This document shows, in pieces, positions 74,025 through 82,104 of a stretch of 124,000 bases of DNA. The position numbers and the translations under genes are program-made. Origin of the DNA: Hyalangium minutum (GTDB lineage: Bacteria > Myxococcota > Myxococcia > Myxococcales > Myxococcaceae); assembly GCF_000737315.1 (NCBI RefSeq), contig NZ_JMCB01000008.1, positions 20,001 to 144,000 on the forward strand. The letters are read 5' to 3'. A model generated the notes under the pieces. The model did no database searches and was not told where the DNA came from. It worked only from the letters and a program-made list of their open reading frames with translations. The first letter of the stretch is position 1, and each line of letters opens with the position of its first letter.

Positions 74025-74858
74025 ATGCCCTTTCGGAAGCTGGCGCACCTCTCGGATCTCCACCTGGACCTGAGCCCTGGCAGCGACGCGGCGGCCCGAG
74101 CCCTGGTGGAGAGCCTCCTCGCCGCGCAGGTGGATCATGTGGTGGTGACGGGAGACCTGACGCACCAGGGAGCGAGCGCGGAGTTCCGCCGCTTCCGGGA
74201 GATCTTCGCCCCGCTGCTCGATACGGGGCGGCTCACCTTCATCCCCGGCAACCATGACCGCCCTGGGGACGACGTGGTCGGCCGGTGGATGCAGGGCCGC
74301 AAGGTGTGCACCGTGGAGCGCGAGGGCCTTTACCTCGTGTGCATCGACTCCACCGGGCCACACAACCGCTCCTACTTCGCAAGCCATGGCGCCCTGTCGT
74401 TGGCAGAGTTGGAGGAGGTGGACGCCGCCGTGGCCGCCGCTCCGCGCGAGGCGCTCACGGTTCTCCTGCTGCACCACCACGTGCTGCCTCTGCCCGAGGA
74501 GAGCCTGCCCGAGCGGCTGGCCACTCGGATGGGCTGGCCCTACGCCTCGGAGCTGGTGCTAGGAGCCAAGCTGGTGGCTCGCGTCCGAGGGCGCTGCGAC
74601 CTGATCCTGCATGGGCACCGGCACGTCCCCCGGGAGTTTGATCTGGGGCTGCACCAGGGGAGGGCTCTGCGGGTGTACAACTCGGGCAGCTCCACGGAAC
74701 TGGGACAGTTCCGGATGTTCACGCATGCGGGCGGACGCCTGCTCGCTGCCCCAGCGTGGCAGCAGACGGCGATGGCTCCGGCGCCGAGGACCGCGAGCCA
74801 TAACGTGCTGCCTGCGCTCCAGTACTTGGCGAACCAGCTGAGCACGTCGCTCTTCTGA
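74025..74858 (+). CDS. Calcineurin-like metallophosphoesterase
   Basis: HLSDLH, TGDLTH, PGNHD, LHHH, LHGHRH. Confidence 0.9.
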   Translation: MPFRKLAHLSDLHLDLSPGSDAAARALVESLLAAQVDHVVVTGDLTHQGASAEFRRFREIFAPLLDTGRLTFIPGNHDRPGDDVVGRWMQGRKVCTVEREGLYLVCIDSTGPHNRSYFASHGALSLAELEEVDAAVAAAPREALTVLLLHHHVLPLPEESLPERLATRMGWPYASELVLGAKLVARVRGRCDLILHGHRHVPREFDLGLHQGRALRVYNSGSSTELGQFRMFTHAGGRLLAAPAWQQTAMAPAPRTASHNVLPALQYLANQLSTSLF

Positions 74859-74951
74859 GGGCCCCTCCTGGCTCCGGCCCGGTTCGCTCCCCTGCCCTCC
74901 GACCCAGCAGGCCCCAGGCCTTCCGTTGAATGCTGGGGTCACTTCTCGGGG

Positions 74952-75356
74952 TTGTCCTCGTGTCAGGGAGGTTCTTTGGGTCGACCAAGCACCAACGGGA
75001 ATGGGGTACGCAAGGTTCTGGTCGTCGATGACGACGCGGACTGGCGAGAGTTCCTGAGGCTGTGTCTGGAGGAGCTCGGCTACGAGGCCATCGAGGCTGC
75101 GGATGGGCAGGAGGCCTTGGACTCGCTCTCCCGAGAAAAGTACGGCGTCGTGCTGCTCGACCTGAACATGCCAGGGATGAGCGGCTTAGAGGTCGCGGAG
75201 CGGATGCCGCGCAACACGAAGCCGCGCGTCGTCTTCCTCACCTCCGCCGCGGCCTCGGATGTGGGCAGCGCCTTGATGTCGGGCCCCCACTACTACCTGC
75301 CCAAGGGCGCCAGCCGCGACCAGCTGTCGCTCCTCCTACAATCGCTCGAAGCCTGA
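74952..75356 (+). CDS. Single-domain response regulator
   Basis: VVDDD, LDLNMP, FLT, YLPK; start uncertain. Confidence 0.8.
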   Translation: MSSCQGGSLGRPSTNGNGVRKVLVVDDDADWREFLRLCLEELGYEAIEAADGQEALDSLSREKYGVVLLDLNMPGMSGLEVAERMPRNTKPRVVFLTSAAASDVGSALMSGPHYYLPKGASRDQLSLLLQSLEA

Positions 75357-75461
75357 GTTCAGAGTAGCCACCAGGGTGGCTGCTCGCGCTAGAACTTCCA
75401 CAGTGGGCCAGGGTGCTCTTCTGGGGAGGATCTCATCGCGTCGGAACTCGTCATCGTTTTA

Positions 75462-76742
75462 TTGCTGGTGCTGGCGAATGGAGTCTTCGCTGGCGCGGAG
75501 CTCGCGCTGCTCACGCTGCGCAAGACCCGTCTGCGCGAGCTTGTAGATGAAGGGAGCGGCGCGGCCCGGGCCATCACCGCCCTGAGAGACAACCCCGAGC
75601 GTCTGCTCGCCACGGTGCAGATCGGCATCACGGTCGTCGGCTCGACGGCCGCGGCCTTTGGCGGCGCTTCGCTGGCGCACCCGCTCGCGGGGTTATTGGT
75701 CCAGTTGGGGGTGGGCTCGCAGACAGCGGAGAGCCTGGCCTTTGCTGGGGTGGTTGGCTTCATCTCCTACCTGTCGCTGGTGCTGGGTGAGCTGGTTCCC
75801 AAGTCGCTCGCGCTGCGCTACTCCGAGCGGTACGCGCTGTTCATTGGCCGGCCGCTCCATGGGCTGGCGTGGCTGGTCCAGCCGCTGGTGTGGCTGCTGA
75901 CGGCCAGCTCCAACGTGCTGCTGCGCTTCTTCGGGGACAAGACGAACTTCGCCGAGGCGCGGCTGTCTCCCGAGGAGCTACAGCAGCTCGTGGAGGAGGC
76001 GGCGAAGATGGGCTCGCTGGATCCGCGGGCGGGGGAGATTGCCTCGCGGGCCTTTGATCTGACGGACCTGACGTTGTCGGCAGTGATGGTGCCTCGGCAC
76101 CGCATCGTGGCCCTGCGCCGGCACGCGAGCGCGGAGGAGATCCGGCAGGTGCTGCTGGAGCACGGGCACTCGCGGATGCCGGTCTACGAGGGGTCGCTGG
76201 ACAACGTCGTGGGCTACGTCATCGCGAAGGATCTGCTGGGGGTGGCGTGGGAGGGAACGCTCATTGTCCTGGAGGACGTGCTGCGCCCGGCCTACTTCGT
76301 CTTCGAGACGATGCGGGCGCTGGACGCGCTGAAGGAGCTGCAGAAGCGCCGCATGCAGCTGGCCATCGTGGTGGATGAGCGTGGTGGGGTGCAGGGTTTG
76401 GTGACGACGGAGGATCTGGTCGAGGAGCTGGTGGGGGACATCCTCAGCGAGACGGAGACGCCAGAGGAGCTGATCAAGCGCGAGAGCCCAACCACGGCGG
76501 TGGTGCAGGGCACGGCGAGCTTGAGGGAGATCAACCGGGAGCTGGGCCTCGAGTTGGAGGAGGGCCATGGGTACTCGACCATCGGAGGCCTGTGCTCCGC
76601 CAAGACAGGGGCCATCCCGGAGAGAGGGACGCGGCTGACGCTGGATGACGGCACGGTGCTCGAGGTGCTGGACGCCACGCCACGCCGGGTGCGCACGGTG
76701 CGCATCCACCTGCCGCCTCCGCCGTCCCCGACGGAGTCCTGA
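75462..76742 (+). CDS. CNNM/hemolysin-family CBS-CorC protein
   Basis: NGVFAGAELAL, TVQIGIT, GELVPK, CBS pair HSRMPV, VVDERGG, EDLVEELVG, CorC domain; true start probably slightly upstream. Confidence 0.92.
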   Translation: MLVLANGVFAGAELALLTLRKTRLRELVDEGSGAARAITALRDNPERLLATVQIGITVVGSTAAAFGGASLAHPLAGLLVQLGVGSQTAESLAFAGVVGFISYLSLVLGELVPKSLALRYSERYALFIGRPLHGLAWLVQPLVWLLTASSNVLLRFFGDKTNFAEARLSPEELQQLVEEAAKMGSLDPRAGEIASRAFDLTDLTLSAVMVPRHRIVALRRHASAEEIRQVLLEHGHSRMPVYEGSLDNVVGYVIAKDLLGVAWEGTLIVLEDVLRPAYFVFETMRALDALKELQKRRMQLAIVVDERGGVQGLVTTEDLVEELVGDILSETETPEELIKRESPTTAVVQGTASLREINRELGLELEEGHGYSTIGGLCSAKTGAIPERGTRLTLDDGTVLEVLDATPRRVRTVRIHLPPPPSPTES

Positions 76743-77010
76743 GCCAAGATGAATGAGGGGCAGCATTGAGTCCGAAACGCTGGAGAGTGTCTCCTGAGGT
76801 GGCTGGGGAGTTGGGCAAAAACACTCTCATGGATTCGTCGGTTCATCCGCCGCGTGTGTCACACCTTCACTGTCGCTTTGAGGGATGGCTCGGTGATGAT
76901 CTACTCCAAACGTTCCCGTGTTTTCTGGCCTCCGCCTTCCTTGCGGAGGAGCTAAAAAAACACGGGGCTTGTAGGGATTAAGGAGGCCCTCTTCAGGAAC
77001 GGATGTGGCC

Positions 77011-77661
77011 ATGAGTTCCCGCACTTGCAGCGTTCTGCTGCTACTGCTCTCCGCCTGCGCTACGACAGAGCCTCAGCAGCGCAAGCCGAAGCAGCACAGA
77101 CAGGTGGCCATTCCCTGGGCTCCCCTCGTCGCACCGAAGCCCGTTGCACCCGTTCTTCCGTCGCCCGGCTTGGCTCCGCCCATGACCGTCATGGTGGACC
77201 CTGGTGCACAGATGCAACAAGAACCGGATGCGAACCCGGCGCCGGAGAGGTCCAGATCGAACAGGGATCCGCCCGCCCCGGTGGCTCCGGAACCCCGTCC
77301 TGAGTGCATCCCCCACATCAAGCCGCACCTTGGCGGAGATCCCCTGCACAATCAGTGCGCCGACAACGTTCCGCAGAACGGTGTTCCCGGCTTTGATGCG
77401 CTCGTCAATGGTAAGCATTTCGACGCACTGCAAATCCGCGCGGGCGTTCTGTGGGAGGTCAAGACCGATAACTTCGACACGTACGCGGTCGCCCTTCAGG
77501 AGATTGTGATCGAGAAACAGGTGCTGGAATTGCAGCGCGAGCGCGATCTCGCACGCGCTTGTGGGTATGCCTTCGTAGTAGGCGTTCGTAGCGACGCGCA
77601 CCGGAAAGCTCTGCGCGACGCAGACCCCTCCCTCAACATCGTCGTCATGGACTGGTGCTGA
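77011..77661 (+). CDS. Lipoprotein with C-terminal restriction-endonuclease-fold toxin domain (DUF6310-like)
   Basis: LLLLLSAC lipobox; HLGGD..HN.CAD, GKHFDAL....LWEVKT PD-(D/E)xK-like core. Confidence 0.75.
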   Translation: MSSRTCSVLLLLLSACATTEPQQRKPKQHRQVAIPWAPLVAPKPVAPVLPSPGLAPPMTVMVDPGAQMQQEPDANPAPERSRSNRDPPAPVAPEPRPECIPHIKPHLGGDPLHNQCADNVPQNGVPGFDALVNGKHFDALQIRAGVLWEVKTDNFDTYAVALQEIVIEKQVLELQRERDLARACGYAFVVGVRSDAHRKALRDADPSLNIVVMDWC

Positions 77662-77662
77662 A

Positions 77663-78421
77663 ATGGCCGCCTCGCCAGACTCCTTCCTTCTTGTCGTCTA
77701 TGCGCCTGCGCTCAGCAGCGATGGCAGCCGCACCTTGGCCGTTATTCGTGGAATGGAACGCGCGCTTCCCGGCTTGCACCTGTCGTGGACGATTTCTGAC
77801 GAGGGTCGGTTCATCCCAGCACCGCAGCGCGATGCGTGGGGCACGGCCAAGACGACCGATGGAAGATTTCCGCTGCTCTGCAATGGCGATGAGGGTCACT
77901 TCGTGACGATCTCTCGCAGGGAAACACCGGCGAGCCAGAATCCTGGTGGGCAGCCACAGTTTGAAGTTCATGCGAAGTGGCCCCTGGACGCTGCGGGTAT
78001 CGCGGCAGCGGGGAAGGTGCTCGAAGAGGTAGCGGAGGGTGCACGCGCGCTGTGGGGGCATGCCACGCCGAAGCGCGCGGCGGGGGACATCGCGGAGCAG
78101 ACGAGCCCCACGCTGGCGGGCTCGCCAAGGCCACCCCGGGGCCTGCCAGCGCTCAAGCTCCCAGAGAAAATCCGCTCGCCTGAGATTCCGCATCGCCTCG
78201 GGTGGCTCAACTACTGGTCAGCCGCCACTGCACAAGCCATCGCGTTCCCGGACCCTGCTCGCGACGCCGAGTTGCTCTCTAGGGCGCAGAGCACGGCGAC
78301 AGGCGGGTGGGTTGTGAAGCTCACGGATGCGCCGCTCGATCTCGATAACCCCGCCCATCTGGACGCGCTGAAGCGGGCCTACGAGCGCTTCCCGGAGATC
78401 GGTGGACGTTCAACGCCCTGA
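77663..78421 (+). CDS. Putative immunity protein (DUF5953-like)
   Basis: Starts 1 bp after the toxin; LGWLNYWS, GGWVV.LTDAPLDLDNP.HL.ALKRAYERFP.IGGR. Confidence 0.72.
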   Translation: MAASPDSFLLVVYAPALSSDGSRTLAVIRGMERALPGLHLSWTISDEGRFIPAPQRDAWGTAKTTDGRFPLLCNGDEGHFVTISRRETPASQNPGGQPQFEVHAKWPLDAAGIAAAGKVLEEVAEGARALWGHATPKRAAGDIAEQTSPTLAGSPRPPRGLPALKLPEKIRSPEIPHRLGWLNYWSAATAQAIAFPDPARDAELLSRAQSTATGGWVVKLTDAPLDLDNPAHLDALKRAYERFPEIGGRSTP

Positions 78422-78470
78422 ACTGGACCGGGGCTTTTCGACGGGGGCCGCGAGCTACTCATCTGCGGCC

Positions 78471-78529
78471 CCGGAAAAGCGAAGGGGCTGGAACCTCCGA
78501 GGGATTTCCTCAGGGATTCCAGCCCCTTC
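78471..78529 (-). terminator. Rho-independent terminator downstream of tRNA-Arg
   Basis: 13-bp stem GAAGGGGCTGGAA/TTCCAGCCCCTTC followed on the minus strand by GCTTTTCC. Confidence 0.65.
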
Positions 78530-78535
78530 CACCAG

Positions 78536-78609
<74 letters not shown>

Positions 78610-78874
78610 AGGAGGCCTGCAACCGAGGGGACAACTAGCCGACTTCCCCCGCTGACGCAAGCACGCAATCCCACAACCCACGACCCGGAAACGCCCTTTC
78701 CACTTTCCAGCACTCGGCGCCCCCTCCAGTCCCCAGGGCCCTGTCCGCCATAGGGCCGGGCTGCCGGCCGAGGGCCTCGGGGAGCGGCCAAGTCATGCTC
78801 CCTCAGGAAGGCACACCGCTGGCGACGTCACCCTCCTGACGGCGCTGGGCTTCCCGGCCCTTCATCCCTTGCCA

Positions 78875-79231
78875 TTAGGGCGAGGGATGAGTCTCCGCCG
78901 GCGGGCTCGAGGGAGCGAACCTCGGCTCCGGCGCCTGCGGAGCGCGCCCTCCCCCGCCGCCCGAGGGAAGCTGGGGCAACGGCCACCCCTCGAAGAGAGG
79001 CCAGCCTCGGTAGTAATCCGCTGCACCGGACGAGGCCTCACCTGGAGCCTGTGGAGCGGGCTGTACCTCTGCCCCTGGGACGCTCTGCCGGGGGGCCTCT
79101 CGAGTCCCCTGCGCCCCCGGTGGCCGCGTCCTGAGCAGCACCACGACCAAGACCGCGCTCAAGAGGAACATGAGCACGATGCCCGCCACGCGGGCACGGT
79201 CCTCCTCCATCCCTGTGTCCACAGTGTCCAT
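78875..79231 (-). CDS. Small hypothetical membrane-anchored protein
   Basis: One N-terminal TM and Pro-rich tail; abuts the ClC gene stop. Confidence 0.5.
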   Translation of the reverse strand: MDTVDTGMEEDRARVAGIVLMFLLSAVLVVVLLRTRPPGAQGTREAPRQSVPGAEVQPAPQAPGEASSGAADYYRGWPLFEGWPLPQLPSGGGGGRAPQAPEPRFAPSSPPAETHPSP

Positions 79232-79232
79232 G

Positions 79233-80999
79233 TCAGAAGCGCCCTTGCTTCAACACATCGCTCTTGGAAATCGTGCCGAGCAACCTCCGCTCGGTGTCGA
79301 CGACAGGCAGGCGCTCGAGCGGTGTCGTGGCAAAGCGCGCCGCCACCTCGGACAGGGAGAGGTCCGGCGTCACGGGCCGGAGGTGCCGATCCATCACGTC
79401 CGCCGCGATGGTCGCTCCCAACAGCGAGTAGTCCGGCAGGTGGCCCTTGAGCTCGTCCAGCGTGATTGTCCCCAGGTACCGGCCCTCCTCGTCCGTGACG
79501 TAGAGGTCCGCCCCCGAGGGTTGCTCCAGCAGCAACACGACGATCTCCTGGAACGAAGCCGACGGCGGGACGCGGTCCCGCACCGGCATCAACATGGCCC
79601 GGGTCCCCTCCTCGCGCAGCCAGTGTGGAACGCTCTCGGGGATGCGCACGTTGCGGCGGCTGAGCACGGACGTATAGAGCGACTCGGGCTCCAGCCGTCG
79701 GCTGATCATCGTCGCCAGGAAGGCCCCCAGCATCAGCGGAAGGATGAGCCCGTAGTCCCCCGTCAGCTCGAAGATGATGAGGACCGCCGACACGGGCGCA
79801 TGCGTGGTCCCCGCGAGCACCGCCCCCATCCCAAGCAAGGCATAGGCCCCACTCGGGGCTCCTCCGGGCCACACGTACTGCATGACCTGGCCAAAGGCGC
79901 CGCCCAGCAGTGCTCCATAGAAGAGCGAGGGTGTGAAGAGCCCGCCCGGAACCCCCGCCCCCGCGCAGAGCGACGTCGCCAGCAGCTTCGCCAGGGGCAG
80001 CACCACCAGCAGCACCAGCGACAGCTTCCCCAGCAGTGCCGCGTTCACCGCGTCATAGCCATTTCCCAGCAGGTGCGGCAGCCACACGGCCGCCAGCCCC
80101 ACCAGTGTCATCGCTCCCAGTGGCAGGAAGGGTGTGAGCTTCCGAGGGACCCGATCGAGCAGGTCCGACAGCACGTTGATGCCGCGCACATAAAGCGCGG
80201 AGGCGCCCCCCAGGAGCACGCCCAGGAGCACGGCCAGCAGCAGCTCGCGCGGGTGCATCACATAGTGAGGGATGACGTAGCTGGGGTGATCCGCGATGAG
80301 GATCCGCGACACGAGGGTGGCCACCACGCACGCCAGGACGATGGGACCGAACAGCTCCAGCGCGAACGAGCCCAGCAGCACCTCCAGGCCAAAGAGGGCC
80401 GCGCCGATGGGCACGTTGTAGGCCGAGGCCACCCCCGCCGCCGCGCCACACGCCACCAGCAACCGGGCCTGCCCCGGCCCCAGCCTCAGCCAGTGCCCCA
80501 GGAAGGAGCCACTCGCCGCACCCGTCTGCAGCAGCGCGCCCTCGCGGCCCAGAGGCGCCCCGAGCGCTACCGCGACGATAGAGACCAGGCCCCTCAGCAG
80601 CGCCCGAGGCAGGGACAGCCGGCCCGACTTGACCCAGATGGACTCGATGATGCCGGCGGTTCCGTGCCCTCGCAGCGGCTGGCCGATGAGGAGCGTCACC
80701 AGCGAGACCAGGGCGCCGCCCAGCACCGGGACGAGGAAGCGCCTCCAGGACGGCGAGGCGATGACGCCCGAGAGGAACCCCTCCGCCTCGCTCCCCCAGA
80801 AGAGGTGCTGGGTGAAGCGCAGCACCTTGAGCAGCACCACTGCCCCCATCCCCGAGATGAGCCCCACGAGGGCGACGAGCAGCCAGAACCGGCGCTCGGC
80901 CCGGACCAGGCCACGCAAGGTGTTACGGAGTCGTGAGCGGAAGCCGCGGAACGGTTCCAGCCTGGGAGTGGGCATCGAGAGTGTCGCCACGTCCCTCAA
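79233..80999 (-). CDS. ClC chloride channel/antiporter with CBS pair
   Basis: GHGT, LGREGA, GGLFTP.L..GA, P.SA..IIFELT; C-terminal CBS domains. Confidence 0.93.
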   Translation of the reverse strand: MRDVATLSMPTPRLEPFRGFRSRLRNTLRGLVRAERRFWLLVALVGLISGMGAVVLLKVLRFTQHLFWGSEAEGFLSGVIASPSWRRFLVPVLGGALVSLVTLLIGQPLRGHGTAGIIESIWVKSGRLSLPRALLRGLVSIVAVALGAPLGREGALLQTGAASGSFLGHWLRLGPGQARLLVACGAAAGVASAYNVPIGAALFGLEVLLGSFALELFGPIVLACVVATLVSRILIADHPSYVIPHYVMHPRELLLAVLLGVLLGGASALYVRGINVLSDLLDRVPRKLTPFLPLGAMTLVGLAAVWLPHLLGNGYDAVNAALLGKLSLVLLVVLPLAKLLATSLCAGAGVPGGLFTPSLFYGALLGGAFGQVMQYVWPGGAPSGAYALLGMGAVLAGTTHAPVSAVLIIFELTGDYGLILPLMLGAFLATMISRRLEPESLYTSVLSRRNVRIPESVPHWLREEGTRAMLMPVRDRVPPSASFQEIVVLLLEQPSGADLYVTDEEGRYLGTITLDELKGHLPDYSLLGATIAADVMDRHLRPVTPDLSLSEVAARFATTPLERLPVVDTERRLLGTISKSDVLKQGRF

Positions 81000-81077
81000 T
81001 CTAGGGAGGGCCGACAGCCCATGCGGGACGGCCGCCCGTCTGCTTACAGTGTCACCCGGCGAGACGCCGAGCCCCCC

Positions 81078-81902
81078 TCACTCCGCTCGGCCGAGCAGGA
81101 AGGACAGCGCCAGCAACGTGAGCACCACCGACGTCACCCAGACAAACGCGCGGTCCCGCTGCTGCCGGAAGATGAGGAGCGACAGCGCCACCCGCGCCAC
81201 GGGGATCGCCATCATCACGAGCAAGATGTCCCCTCTCGCGAAGTAGACGCCTGCGCTGGCCGCCGCCGTTACCCCGATCATGAAGTTGCTGGTGGCCGTG
81301 GACACCTTCAGGGGCAGCCGCATGGCCAGGTCCATGGCTGGCACCTTCAGCGCGCCCGAGCCGATGCCCAGCAGCCCACTCACCGTCCCCGCCGCGTACA
81401 TGAGCGCCAGCCCGGTGAGCGGCCGGGTGACGCGGTTGTCCACCTCGCGGCCGGTGGCCTCGTCGAAGTAGCTGCTGTGCAGCGCCAGCCGGTCCGCCAG
81501 CGCATCCGGTGGCACCGGAGCATCCGCTCGCGCCCCCAGCTTGCGCAGCATCGCCAAGGCCGAGTACCCCATCACCAAGCCGAAGACGAGGTACAGCCCA
81601 CGCCCACCCACCACGCCCGCGAGGAAGGCTCCCGTGAGCGCCCCCGCTGTGGTCGCCATCTCCAGGAACATGGCCACGCGCAGGTTCGCCAGCCGGTCCC
81701 TCACATAAGCCGCGGCGGCCCCACTGGAGGTGGCGATGACGGACACGATGGAGGCCCCCACCGCATAGCGGATGTCCACCTTGAGCAGCAGCGTGAGGAC
81801 GGGAACCAGGATGAGCCCACCCCCCAGCCCCAGCAGCGAGCCCAGCAGCCCCGCGGTGACGGAGATGGCGAACACCACGGTGACGAAGAGAAAGGGAGTC
81901 AT
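81078..81902 (-). CDS. TauE/SafE (TSUP) transporter fused in frame to a DUF1634-like C-terminus (probable deletion product)
   Basis: GLGGG, GLLGIGSG..KVPAMD, STATSNFMIGVTA, then an abrupt switch after ARGDI to LLVMMAIPVARV...RDR.FV. Confidence 0.75.
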   Translation of the reverse strand: MTPFLFVTVVFAISVTAGLLGSLLGLGGGLILVPVLTLLLKVDIRYAVGASIVSVIATSSGAAAAYVRDRLANLRVAMFLEMATTAGALTGAFLAGVVGGRGLYLVFGLVMGYSALAMLRKLGARADAPVPPDALADRLALHSSYFDEATGREVDNRVTRPLTGLALMYAAGTVSGLLGIGSGALKVPAMDLAMRLPLKVSTATSNFMIGVTAAASAGVYFARGDILLVMMAIPVARVALSLLIFRQQRDRAFVWVTSVVLTLLALSFLLGRAE

Positions 81903-82104
81903 CGCGCCAGGAGAAGGCGCCCTCACCTTCCCTCTTCCGCTCCCCGTCGACAACCCGCGGCGCGAGTCTGAGTCATGGAAGGTATGTGCCCGCCTGCTCG
82001 GAAACGGGGGTGGAGCCACTGTGGGGCAAGAATGCGTCCGGTGGTCATCAGGGCAGAGCGGACGATGCCCGCCTCCCTCGGGGTGCCCAGGTTGTGGCTG
82101 GACC

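Noticed and set aside
75425-75461. Possible non-canonical (ATC) start for the CNNM gene after GGAGG
   Set aside because: Downstream TTG/GTG starts exist; cannot be distinguished from sequence alone
78610-78874. Expected direct repeat of the tRNA-Leu 3' end at the island's left boundary
   Set aside because: Not found by eye, so the island's left edge is not defined
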